Source: an uncultured Flavobacteriales bacterium (GTDB lineage Bacteria; Bacteroidota; Bacteroidia; Flavobacteriales; TMED113). From it: a DNA stretch of 64,000 nt. The stretch's first letter is position 1. Each line of letters opens with the position of its first letter. Below the pieces are notes generated by a model. It searched no databases, was not told the DNA's origin, and saw only the letters and a program-made list of their open reading frames with translations. Where the stretch lies: contig CAYSYA010000002.1 of NCBI GenBank assembly GCA_964435285.1, positions 129,135 through 193,134 of the forward strand, given 5' to 3'. A program made the translations under genes and the position numbers. This document shows positions 29,219 through 37,881 of the stretch, one piece after another.

Positions 29219-30031
29219 ATGAACAATTTATTAGAAGGGAAAAATGGAATTATATTTGGCGCTTTAGATGAAAAATCTATTGCATGGATGGTAGCTGAGG
29301 AATGTGTGGCAAATGGAGCAAAAATAGTTTTAACAAATGCGCCAACAGCTTTAAGGTTAGGGAGTATTAGTGAATTGGCAAAAAAATGTAATACAGAAGT
29401 AATTTCTGCTGATGCTACATCTTTAGAGGATTTAGAAAATTTATTAACTAAATCAATGGAGATTTTCAATGGAAAAATAGATTTTATATTACATTCTATT
29501 GGAATGTCTGTTAATGTTAGAAAAAAAAGACCTTATACTGATCTTAATTACGATTATTTAATGAAAGGTTTAGATGTTTCTGCAGTATCTTTTCATAAAT
29601 TATTACAGGTTTCAATGAAGTTAGATGCTGTGAATTCTTGGGGCTCTATCTTAGCTTTGTCTTATATAGCAGCTCAAAGAACTTTTCCTAGTTACAATGA
29701 TATGGCTGAAAACAAAGCTTTTTTAGAATCTATTGCTAGAAGTTTTGGTTATCATTATGGTACTAGGAAAAAAGTTCGAATTAATACCATTTCTCAATCA
29801 CCAACAATGACAACGGCTGGTAGTGGGGTAGAGGGTTTTGATACTTTTTTTAAATATTCTGAAAAAATGTCTCCTTTAGGTAATGCAAGTGCATTAGATT
29901 GTGCTAAGTTTTGTGTAATGTTATTTTCTGATTATACTAGAATGGTAACTATGCAAAACTTATATCATGATGGTGGATTTTCAAATACGGGTATTAGTGA
30001 TGAAATTATAGAAAAATTAAATTTAGATTAG
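29219..30031 (+). CDS. fabI: Enoyl-ACP reductase FabI (SDR)
   Basis: FGALDEKSIAW, LHSIGMS, YNDMAENKA, SQSPTMTTAGSG, HDGGFS. Confidence 0.88.
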   Translation: MNNLLEGKNGIIFGALDEKSIAWMVAEECVANGAKIVLTNAPTALRLGSISELAKKCNTEVISADATSLEDLENLLTKSMEIFNGKIDFILHSIGMSVNVRKKRPYTDLNYDYLMKGLDVSAVSFHKLLQVSMKLDAVNSWGSILALSYIAAQRTFPSYNDMAENKAFLESIARSFGYHYGTRKKVRINTISQSPTMTTAGSGVEGFDTFFKYSEKMSPLGNASALDCAKFCVMLFSDYTRMVTMQNLYHDGGFSNTGISDEIIEKLNLD

Positions 30032-32538
30032 TTTTTTATAGTCAATGATATCAAGTCTTCTTTTTCGTTATAGTCTATTTTTATTTTATCACCTTCTTTA
30101 ACTTTACCCAGAATTATTTCTTCAGCGAATGGATCTTCAATATATTTTTGAATAGCTCTTTTTAAAGGTCTAGCTCCAAAATTTTCATCAAATCCTTTTT
30201 TTGCAATATAGTTTTTTGCTTTTTTGCTTAGTTGTAATTCATATTTAAGAATTTTAATTCTTTTTTTGAGTTTTTCTATTTCAATATCAATAATTACATC
30301 AATATTTTCTTTTGATAAATTATTAAATAATAATACATCATCTAGTCTGTTTAAAAATTCTGGAGCAAAGGTCTTTTTTAAAGAATTATTTAAAACACTT
30401 TTTGTATGTTCATCTAAATTTTCTTTTTTTGAGTTAGTACTAAATCCGATTCCAGCACCAAATTCTTTTAATTTTCTAGTTCCTACGTTTGATGTCATGA
30501 TTATAACAGTGTTTTTAAAATCTATTTTTCGACCTAAACTATCAGTCATTTCGCCATCATCCATAGCTTGAAGGAGTAAATTAAATACATCAGGATGAGC
30601 TTTTTCAATTTCATCAAGTAAAATTATGGAATAGGGTTTTCTTCTAACTTTTTCTGTTAATTGTCCTCCCTCTTCATATCCTACGTAACCAGGAGGGGCT
30701 CCAACTAATCTTGAGACAGCAAATTTTTCCATATATTCGCTCATATCAACTCTAATTAATGCATTTTCAGAATCAAATAAATATTTTGCTAGTTCTTTTG
30801 CTAATTGTGTTTTTCCAACACCAGTTGGTCCTAGAAATATGAATGAGCCAATGGGTTTATTTGGGTCTTTTAAACCTGCTCTATTTCTTTGAATAGCTTT
30901 TACAATTTTTTCAACTGCTTCATTTTGACCAATGATACTCTTTTTTAGGTCATTAGTCATTGTTGATAATTTTGCACTTTCACTTTTTGCAATTCTCTGA
31001 ACAGGAATTCCAGTTATCATTGAAACTACTTCAGCTACATTGCTCTCAGAAACTAATTCTTTTTCTAATTTGATTTTTTCTTCCCATTTAATTTGTTCCT
31101 CAATTAATTTTGATTCTGTTTGTTTTTCAGTATCTCTTAATTTTGCAGCTTCTTCATATTTTTGTTTTTTTACAACATCTTTTTTTTGTTGTTGTATTTT
31201 TTCTAATTGCTTTTCTAATTTGGTAACTGTTTCTGGTACATTAATATTTGTTATGTGTACTCTTGATCCAGCTTCATCAAGCGCATCAATTGCTTTGTCA
31301 GGAAGATATCTGTCAGTTATATATCTAGTTGTTAAATTAACACAAGCATTTATTGCTTCATCAGTGTATAAAACGTTATGATGTTCCTCATACTTCTCTT
31401 TAATATTTTTCAATATTTCAATAGTTTCTTCAGGTGTTGTTGGGTCGACAATAACTTTTTGGAATCTTCGTTCTAATGCACCATCTTTCTCAATGAATTG
31501 TCTGTACTCGTCTAAAGTAGTTGCTCCGATACATTGAATTTCTCCTTTTGCAAGAGCTGGTTTAAACATGTTTGATGCATCTAATGACCCTGTAGCTCCT
31601 CCTGCTCCGACAATTGTATGAATTTCGTCAATGAAAAGGATGATGTTTGGATTTTTTTCTAACTCGTTCATTATTCCCTTCATTCTTTCTTCAAATTGCC
31701 CTCTATATTTAGTTCCAGCGACAAGAGAAGGTAAGTCAAGGGTAAGAATTTTTTTATTGAATAAGACTCTAGAAACTTGTTTTTTTACAATTCTTATCGC
31801 TAGTCCTTCAGCAATTGCAGATTTTCCAACTCCAGGTTCACCTATTAGTAGAGGATTATTTTTTTTTCTTCTTGATAAAATTTGTGACACTCTTTCAATT
31901 TCCTCTTTTCTTCCAATTACAGGGTCTAACTTTCCTTCCTCAGCATATCTGGTTATATCTCTGCTAAAATTATCTAAAATTGGAGTAGAGGACTTAGATT
32001 TAGATTTTTGCTTACTAACCCAACTTTTTGATTCTCTTTCATGACTATCATCTTCACTCAAAGAACCTTTAAATGAATTCTCGTCCTGTTTTTCTTTTTT
32101 AAAAAGGTAGTTACTGTATTCATTTTTCACACTTTCATAAGTTATGTCAAATTCATTTAATAGCTTTGTTAATGGGTCATCAAAATTTCTAAGTACACAT
32201 AATAAAAGGTGGGGAGTTCCAATTATGTTACTCTCAAATTTTCTAGCTTCTAAAAAAGTAGTTTTTAAAGCTTTTTCTGCCTGTTTAGTTAATGGGAGTT
32301 GTTTTTTTGATATAGCTTGCTCTATGTTATTTTTTTGACCAAAATCTTCGATTTTTTCTCTCAGAATATTTATTTCAATTTTTAAATTTGAGAGAATATC
32401 TATAGCGCCTCCCTCTCCCTCTCTGATTATTCCTAATAATAGATGTTCGGTTCCAATAAATGCGTGTCCAAGCCTTAGGGCTTCTTCTCGACTATAACTT
32501 ATTACTTCCTTTATTCTATTAGAAAAACTTTGTTCCAT
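30028..32538 (-). CDS. clpC: ATP-dependent Clp protease ATP-binding subunit ClpC
   Basis: Clp N domain, two Walker A motifs (GEPGVGKS, GPTGVGKT), YRGQFEER, UVR-like middle domain, GARPLKR. Confidence 0.96.
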   Translation of the reverse strand: MEQSFSNRIKEVISYSREEALRLGHAFIGTEHLLLGIIREGEGGAIDILSNLKIEINILREKIEDFGQKNNIEQAISKKQLPLTKQAEKALKTTFLEARKFESNIIGTPHLLLCVLRNFDDPLTKLLNEFDITYESVKNEYSNYLFKKEKQDENSFKGSLSEDDSHERESKSWVSKQKSKSKSSTPILDNFSRDITRYAEEGKLDPVIGRKEEIERVSQILSRRKKNNPLLIGEPGVGKSAIAEGLAIRIVKKQVSRVLFNKKILTLDLPSLVAGTKYRGQFEERMKGIMNELEKNPNIILFIDEIHTIVGAGGATGSLDASNMFKPALAKGEIQCIGATTLDEYRQFIEKDGALERRFQKVIVDPTTPEETIEILKNIKEKYEEHHNVLYTDEAINACVNLTTRYITDRYLPDKAIDALDEAGSRVHITNINVPETVTKLEKQLEKIQQQKKDVVKKQKYEEAAKLRDTEKQTESKLIEEQIKWEEKIKLEKELVSESNVAEVVSMITGIPVQRIAKSESAKLSTMTNDLKKSIIGQNEAVEKIVKAIQRNRAGLKDPNKPIGSFIFLGPTGVGKTQLAKELAKYLFDSENALIRVDMSEYMEKFAVSRLVGAPPGYVGYEEGGQLTEKVRRKPYSIILLDEIEKAHPDVFNLLLQAMDDGEMTDSLGRKIDFKNTVIIMTSNVGTRKLKEFGAGIGFSTNSKKENLDEHTKSVLNNSLKKTFAPEFLNRLDDVLLFNNLSKENIDVIIDIEIEKLKKRIKILKYELQLSKKAKNYIAKKGFDENFGARPLKRAIQKYIEDPFAEEIILGKVKEGDKIKIDYNEKEDLISLTIKN

Positions 32539-32560
32539 TTTTTTAAAAAAAATATACTAT

Positions 32561-32568
32561 CAAATATA
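32561..32568 (-). promoter_or_regulatory. -7 promoter element (TATATTTG) for clpC
   Basis: caaatata on + strand, 22 nt upstream of ATG 32538. Confidence 0.5.
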
Positions 32569-32708
32569 ATGACTTTTGTTGTTAAAAAATCAAAAGATGA
32601 AATTTTTAATAAATTGTTATTAAAAACATTAGATTTTAATACAAAAAATTGATATATATGCCTTATATTGTCGCATTGAATTATAAGAAAATATCAAAGT
32701 AAAACTTT

Positions 32709-35342
32709 ATGGATAATCAAGATTTAAACGAAGAACAAGAAAACCAAAGAATTATTCCAATTAACATAGTTAATGAAATGGAGTCCGCATATATTGACTA
32801 CTCCATGAGCGTTATTGTTTCTAGAGCTTTACCTGATGTAAGAGATGGATTAAAGCCTGTACATAGAAGAATTTTATACGGCATGCATGAATTGGGCCTA
32901 ATGTCTAATAGAGCACACAAAAAATCTGCAAGAGTTGTTGGTGAAGTTCTTGGAAAGTATCACCCTCACGGTGATTCCTCTGTTTATGATGCTATGGTAA
33001 GGATGGCACAAGAATGGTCTTTAAGGTATCAAATGGTTGACGGTCAGGGTAATTTTGGTTCAATTGATGGAGATAGTCCTGCTGCAATGAGATATACTGA
33101 AGCTCGTTTGAGAAAAATGGCTGAAGAAATGCTATCAGATATTGAAAAAGATACTGTGGATTTTCAATTGAATTTTGATGATACATTAAAGGAACCCACT
33201 GTTTTACCCACTAGAATTCCTTCAATTTTAGTTAATGGAGCTAGTGGAATTGCGGTTGGTATGGCTACAAATATGGCTCCTCATAATTTAACTGAAGTTT
33301 TAGATGGTATAATTAAATATATAGAAAGTAAAGGTGAAATAGAATTATCTGACTTAATGAACTACATTAAAGCACCAGATTTTCCCACTGGAGGAATTAT
33401 ATATGGTTATGAAGGAGTTAAACAGGCTTACGAAACTGGAAAAGGAAGAGTTGTTCTTAGATCCAAAACTCATTTTGAGGAATTAAAAAATAACAGAGAA
33501 GCTATTGTTGTAACTGAAATTCCATATCAAGTTAATAAATCAGAGATGATAAAAAAAACAGCTGATTTGATTAACCAAAAAAAATTAGAAGGTATTTCTG
33601 ATATAAGAGATGAGTCAGATAGAAGAGGTATGAGAATTGTTTATGTTTTAAAAAGAGATGCAATTCCTAATATAGTTTTAAATAAACTTTTCAAGTACAC
33701 TCAACTCCAGTCTTCTTTCAGTATCAATAATATTGCTCTTGTTAAAGGAAGACCTAAATTACTTAATCTTAAGCAAATTATTCAACTTTTTGTTGCTCAC
33801 AGACATGAAGTTTTGATTAGAAAAACAAAATTTGATTTAAAACAAGCAGAAAAACGTGCGCATATTCTTAAGGGTCTTTTAGTTGCTTTGGATAATCTTG
33901 ATGATATTATTTCCTTGATTAAAAAATCACAAACTCCTGAAGAAGCTAGAAATGGTTTAATAAATAACTATAATTTAACTGAGATTCAGGCAAAGGCGAT
34001 TCTAGATTTACGATTACAAAAGTTAACTGGTTTAGAGAGAGATAAAATTAAATTGGAACACCAGCAATTAATGGAAAAAATTAAAAATCTTAATGAGATT
34101 CTTAACAACGAGGACTTAAGATTAAGTATTTTGATAGAAGACTTTAAGGACGTTAAAGAAAAATTTGGTGATGAAAGAAGAACTCAAATCGAATATTCTA
34201 GTGCAGACTTGAGTATTGAAGATATGATTCCAAATGAAAAAGTTGTTATTACAATTTCTCATTTAGGTTATATTAAGAGAACACCTTTATCTGAGTATAG
34301 ACAACAAAATAGAGGGGGTGTGGGGCACAGAGGAGCATCTTCTAGAGATGAAGATTTTTTAGAACATATTTTTATAGCAACTAATCATAATTATATGTTG
34401 TTTTTTTCTCAGAATGGAAAATGTTTTTGGTTAAAAGTTTATGAGATACCTGAAGGTTCAAAGACGGCAAAGGGTCGTGCTATTCAAAATTTAATTAATA
34501 TACCTTCTGAAGATAAAATTATGGCTTTCATTAATGTTGATAACTTAAAAGATGAAAACTATATAAATTCAAATTACATTCTAATGTGCACAAAAAAAGG
34601 GGTAATTAAAAAAACCTCTCTTGAATCATATTCAAGACCACGCCAAAATGGAATAAAAGCAATTAATATTAGAGAAGACGATCAATTATTAGAAGCTAAA
34701 CTTACCAATGGTTCGATGGATATAATGATGGCTCTAAAATCTGGTAAGTGTATTAGGTTTAATGAGGAAAAAGCTCGTTCTATGGGTAGAGGGAGTACCG
34801 GAGTTAGGGGAATAAGACTTGCTAACGAAAAAGATCAAGTAATTGGAATGATATGTGTTGATGATGTTGAAACTGAAGTATTAGTTGTTTCTGAAAATGG
34901 ATATGGAAAACGTTCAAAAGTAAATGATTACAGAACCACTAACAGAGGGGGTAAGGGTGTGAAAACAATAAATATAACAGATAAAACAGGGAATCTAATT
35001 GCTATCAAAAATGTTAAAGATGGGGATGATTTGATGATAATTAACAAATCAGGTATTACAATTAGAATGTCAGTTGATGATATGCGTATTATGGGTAGAG
35101 CAACTCAAGGAGTTAGATTAATTAATTTAAAAAATGATGATATAATTGCTGCTGTTGCTAAAGTTGAAATTTCTGATGAAGAGAAAGAAGAGAGTTTAGA
35201 ACAAAATCAAGATAATTTAAATAATCCTGTAACAGATTCAGATAAAACAAATGATGAAAATAATTTATCTTTAGAGAATTCAAATAATACTTCAGAAATT
35301 TCAGATAATAACACAGAGGGTTTAGATGAAATTAATGAGTAA
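32709..35342 (+). CDS. gyrA: DNA gyrase subunit A
   Basis: [31 protein letters not shown], GyrA box QNRGGVG, beta-pinwheel repeats, acidic tail. Confidence 0.98.
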   Translation: MDNQDLNEEQENQRIIPINIVNEMESAYIDYSMSVIVSRALPDVRDGLKPVHRRILYGMHELGLMSNRAHKKSARVVGEVLGKYHPHGDSSVYDAMVRMAQEWSLRYQMVDGQGNFGSIDGDSPAAMRYTEARLRKMAEEMLSDIEKDTVDFQLNFDDTLKEPTVLPTRIPSILVNGASGIAVGMATNMAPHNLTEVLDGIIKYIESKGEIELSDLMNYIKAPDFPTGGIIYGYEGVKQAYETGKGRVVLRSKTHFEELKNNREAIVVTEIPYQVNKSEMIKKTADLINQKKLEGISDIRDESDRRGMRIVYVLKRDAIPNIVLNKLFKYTQLQSSFSINNIALVKGRPKLLNLKQIIQLFVAHRHEVLIRKTKFDLKQAEKRAHILKGLLVALDNLDDIISLIKKSQTPEEARNGLINNYNLTEIQAKAILDLRLQKLTGLERDKIKLEHQQLMEKIKNLNEILNNEDLRLSILIEDFKDVKEKFGDERRTQIEYSSADLSIEDMIPNEKVVITISHLGYIKRTPLSEYRQQNRGGVGHRGASSRDEDFLEHIFIATNHNYMLFFSQNGKCFWLKVYEIPEGSKTAKGRAIQNLINIPSEDKIMAFINVDNLKDENYINSNYILMCTKKGVIKKTSLESYSRPRQNGIKAINIREDDQLLEAKLTNGSMDIMMALKSGKCIRFNEEKARSMGRGSTGVRGIRLANEKDQVIGMICVDDVETEVLVVSENGYGKRSKVNDYRTTNRGGKGVKTINITDKTGNLIAIKNVKDGDDLMIINKSGITIRMSVDDMRIMGRATQGVRLINLKNDDIIAAVAKVEISDEEKEESLEQNQDNLNNPVTDSDKTNDENNLSLENSNNTSEISDNNTEGLDEINE

Positions 35343-35370
35343 CTAGTACTAAGAAATTAAATTTATAATT

Positions 35371-36549
35371 ATGAGACTTACTATTTTATTTTTTTTATTT
35401 TTTTCAATTATAAATGCACAAAAATCTGACTTAACCAGTTCAATTTTAGCATTTCAAAAGAAAGATACTTTAGCTGCTAAGGAATTAATTGACAATGCAT
35501 ATAATAAATTTATGGAAAAAGGAATGGAATCATTTAAACCAAAACTGATTTCAAAATTTTGGCATTACAGAGGACAAATATATTTAGCTTTGGGTGACTT
35601 AGATAAATCTGTTGAATCCTTTAAATCTGATATTGAATTAAATGCAAAAGGAGGTCTTCAAAAAAAATCTGTTAATGCTTTAAATTTATGCGCAGTAAAG
35701 TGTTTAAATCTTGCTGACGAAAATTACAAAAAAGCTTTAGAACTTTTTGAAACTGACAAGATCTTAGCAAAAGAAAATTTATTTAATTCAGCCAACTTAT
35801 TTTTAAAAACTTATAATATCAGAAATAATCAATCAATTGGAGTTGTAGATACAGCCTCATTATTTAACTCATGTCTTTTATTTTCTGATGTTGGGACACC
35901 TGATGCTGACGTTTTAGCATTAGAGCAAGCTAGAAAATTAGTTGAATTAAATCCAAAAGATGAAAAGTTTCAAATTCGATTGTTAGTTTGTTTAGAAAAA
36001 AATGGTGATAATGATTTGCTACTTTCTGCTATTAACTCTGCTAGAACTAACATTCCTAATTCCCAAGATATAATTAACAGAGAGGTTAATTTTTATATAT
36101 CCATTGATGATAAAGAAGGATTAAAAAATAGCTTATACAGTGCATTAGAATCTGATTCTAATAACCCAACTCTTCATTTTGCTCTTGGGACAGCATTACA
36201 GTCACTAAAAGATAATGAAGGTGCTAAAAATTCATATACACAAGCTATTCAATTAAATCCAAATTATTTTGACGCGCATAATAATCTAGCTAGTATGTAT
36301 TTAGATGAAACCACTTCTTTAATAACAAAAATGAATAATCTTGGTTCTAGCTCAAGCGATCAAAAAAAATATAATAATTACAAAAAACGAAGAAACAATC
36401 TATACAATGAAAGTATTCCTCATTTAGAAAAATGTGTAGAAATTCAGCCTGATAACGTTATGATTCTCAATGTTTTAAAAGAAATATATTATAAGGTAGG
36501 AGATGTTAAAAACATGAGAAGGGTTAAGTCCTTAATAGAATCACTCTAA
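35371..36549 (+). CDS. Secreted TPR-repeat protein
   Basis: Signal peptide; TPR helices (A..Y..AIQLNPNYFDAHNNLA); gyrA-adjacent position typical of Bacteroidota. Confidence 0.85.
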   Translation: MRLTILFFLFFSIINAQKSDLTSSILAFQKKDTLAAKELIDNAYNKFMEKGMESFKPKLISKFWHYRGQIYLALGDLDKSVESFKSDIELNAKGGLQKKSVNALNLCAVKCLNLADENYKKALELFETDKILAKENLFNSANLFLKTYNIRNNQSIGVVDTASLFNSCLLFSDVGTPDADVLALEQARKLVELNPKDEKFQIRLLVCLEKNGDNDLLLSAINSARTNIPNSQDIINREVNFYISIDDKEGLKNSLYSALESDSNNPTLHFALGTALQSLKDNEGAKNSYTQAIQLNPNYFDAHNNLASMYLDETTSLITKMNNLGSSSSDQKKYNNYKKRRNNLYNESIPHLEKCVEIQPDNVMILNVLKEIYYKVGDVKNMRRVKSLIESL

Positions 36550-36555
36550 TTTTAC

Positions 36556-37626
36556 GTGCTAGTAAACAAAAAAATAGAGAAATCAAGTACTATACATAGT
36601 AAATTTTATACGTCAGATTTAGTTTTTTCTGAATCAAAAAAAATTTTTGAAAATACTTGGCAGTTTGTTACTCACGAATCTAATCTTGTTGAGAAAAATG
36701 CCTTTCCTTTTAGTTATCTAGATGAATTTATTGATGAACCTTTAGTTATTATTAAAAATAAAGATGGTATAGTTAATTGTTTTTCTAATGTTTGTACACA
36801 CAGAGGTAATATTTTAGTTGATAAACACTCTGTTATTTCAAATAGTGTATGCTGTCGATATCATGGAAGAAAGTTTGATTCATCAGGTAAATGTATTTTT
36901 ATGCCAAAGTTTGAAAATGTTGTTGGTTTCCCCTCCAAAAAAGATGATTTAACAAATATTTCTGTATCAAATTGGCGTCAGTTTATTTTTTGTTCCTTTG
37001 GAAATAAATATAAAATTGAACATTTTTTTGGAGAATTGGAAAATAGAATTGGTTGGATGCCAATTGAAGATTTTATATTTACCCCTGAACTATCAAAAGA
37101 TTATGAAGTTAAGGCAAATTGGGCTTTGTATTGTGATAATTATTTAGAAGGTTTTCATATTCCTTTTGTACACCATGATTTAGCTAAGAAGTTTGAATAC
37201 GATGAATATTCTGTTGAGTTATTTCCGTATTCTAATTTGCAACTTGGAATTGGAAAAGATGGACAAGATTGTTTCAATTTACCTAAGTCATCAGTAGATT
37301 ACGGAAAAAATATTATAGCTTATTACTTTTGGGTTTTTCCAAACATGATGTTTAATTTTTATCCTTGGGGTCTGTCAATAAATATAGTCAAGCCAGTTTC
37401 TAAAGATTTAACAAAAATTGAATTTCGATCATTTGTTTGGGATGAAACAAAGCTAAAAAGAGGTGCTGGATCAGACTTAGATAAAGTAGAGAAAGAAGAT
37501 GAAGAAATAGTAGAGTCTGTTCAAAGAGGTGTGAATTCAAGATTTTATGATAGGGGAAGATTTTCACCAACTATGGAAACAGGGGTTCATCATTTTCATT
37601 CACTTTTAAGTAAGTTCATGAAATAA
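36556..37626 (+). CDS. Rieske non-heme iron oxygenase alpha subunit, choline monooxygenase-like
   Basis: GTG start; Rieske CTHRG...CRYHG; catalytic DNYLEGFHIPFVH and EDEEIVESVQRG; GRFSP.ME.GVHHFH. Confidence 0.88.
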   Translation: MLVNKKIEKSSTIHSKFYTSDLVFSESKKIFENTWQFVTHESNLVEKNAFPFSYLDEFIDEPLVIIKNKDGIVNCFSNVCTHRGNILVDKHSVISNSVCCRYHGRKFDSSGKCIFMPKFENVVGFPSKKDDLTNISVSNWRQFIFCSFGNKYKIEHFFGELENRIGWMPIEDFIFTPELSKDYEVKANWALYCDNYLEGFHIPFVHHDLAKKFEYDEYSVELFPYSNLQLGIGKDGQDCFNLPKSSVDYGKNIIAYYFWVFPNMMFNFYPWGLSINIVKPVSKDLTKIEFRSFVWDETKLKRGAGSDLDKVEKEDEEIVESVQRGVNSRFYDRGRFSPTMETGVHHFHSLLSKFMK

Positions 37627-37881
37627 AAATTAAAGTTAAAATTTGACTTATAAATTAAGATTATTAACCACTCTCTTCTCTCTGTTCTGATTTCTTAAAT
37701 TATTGATAAATAAATTTTTATAAATTGTATAAAATTCAAGAAAACTTTAACATGATTTATAACATGTTTAGTATAGTTATTTATATTATTTATCTTTAGA
37801 TTAATTATCATATGATAAATTATAGAATTTCATAATTTTTTAAATTTACATATACACATTCTTTAAAAAACTTAAAATGTC

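Noticed and set aside
32940-33000. Quinolone-resistance substitution in the GyrA QRDR
   Set aside because: [11 protein letters not shown] keeps Ser and Asp at the positions equivalent to E. coli 83 and 87.
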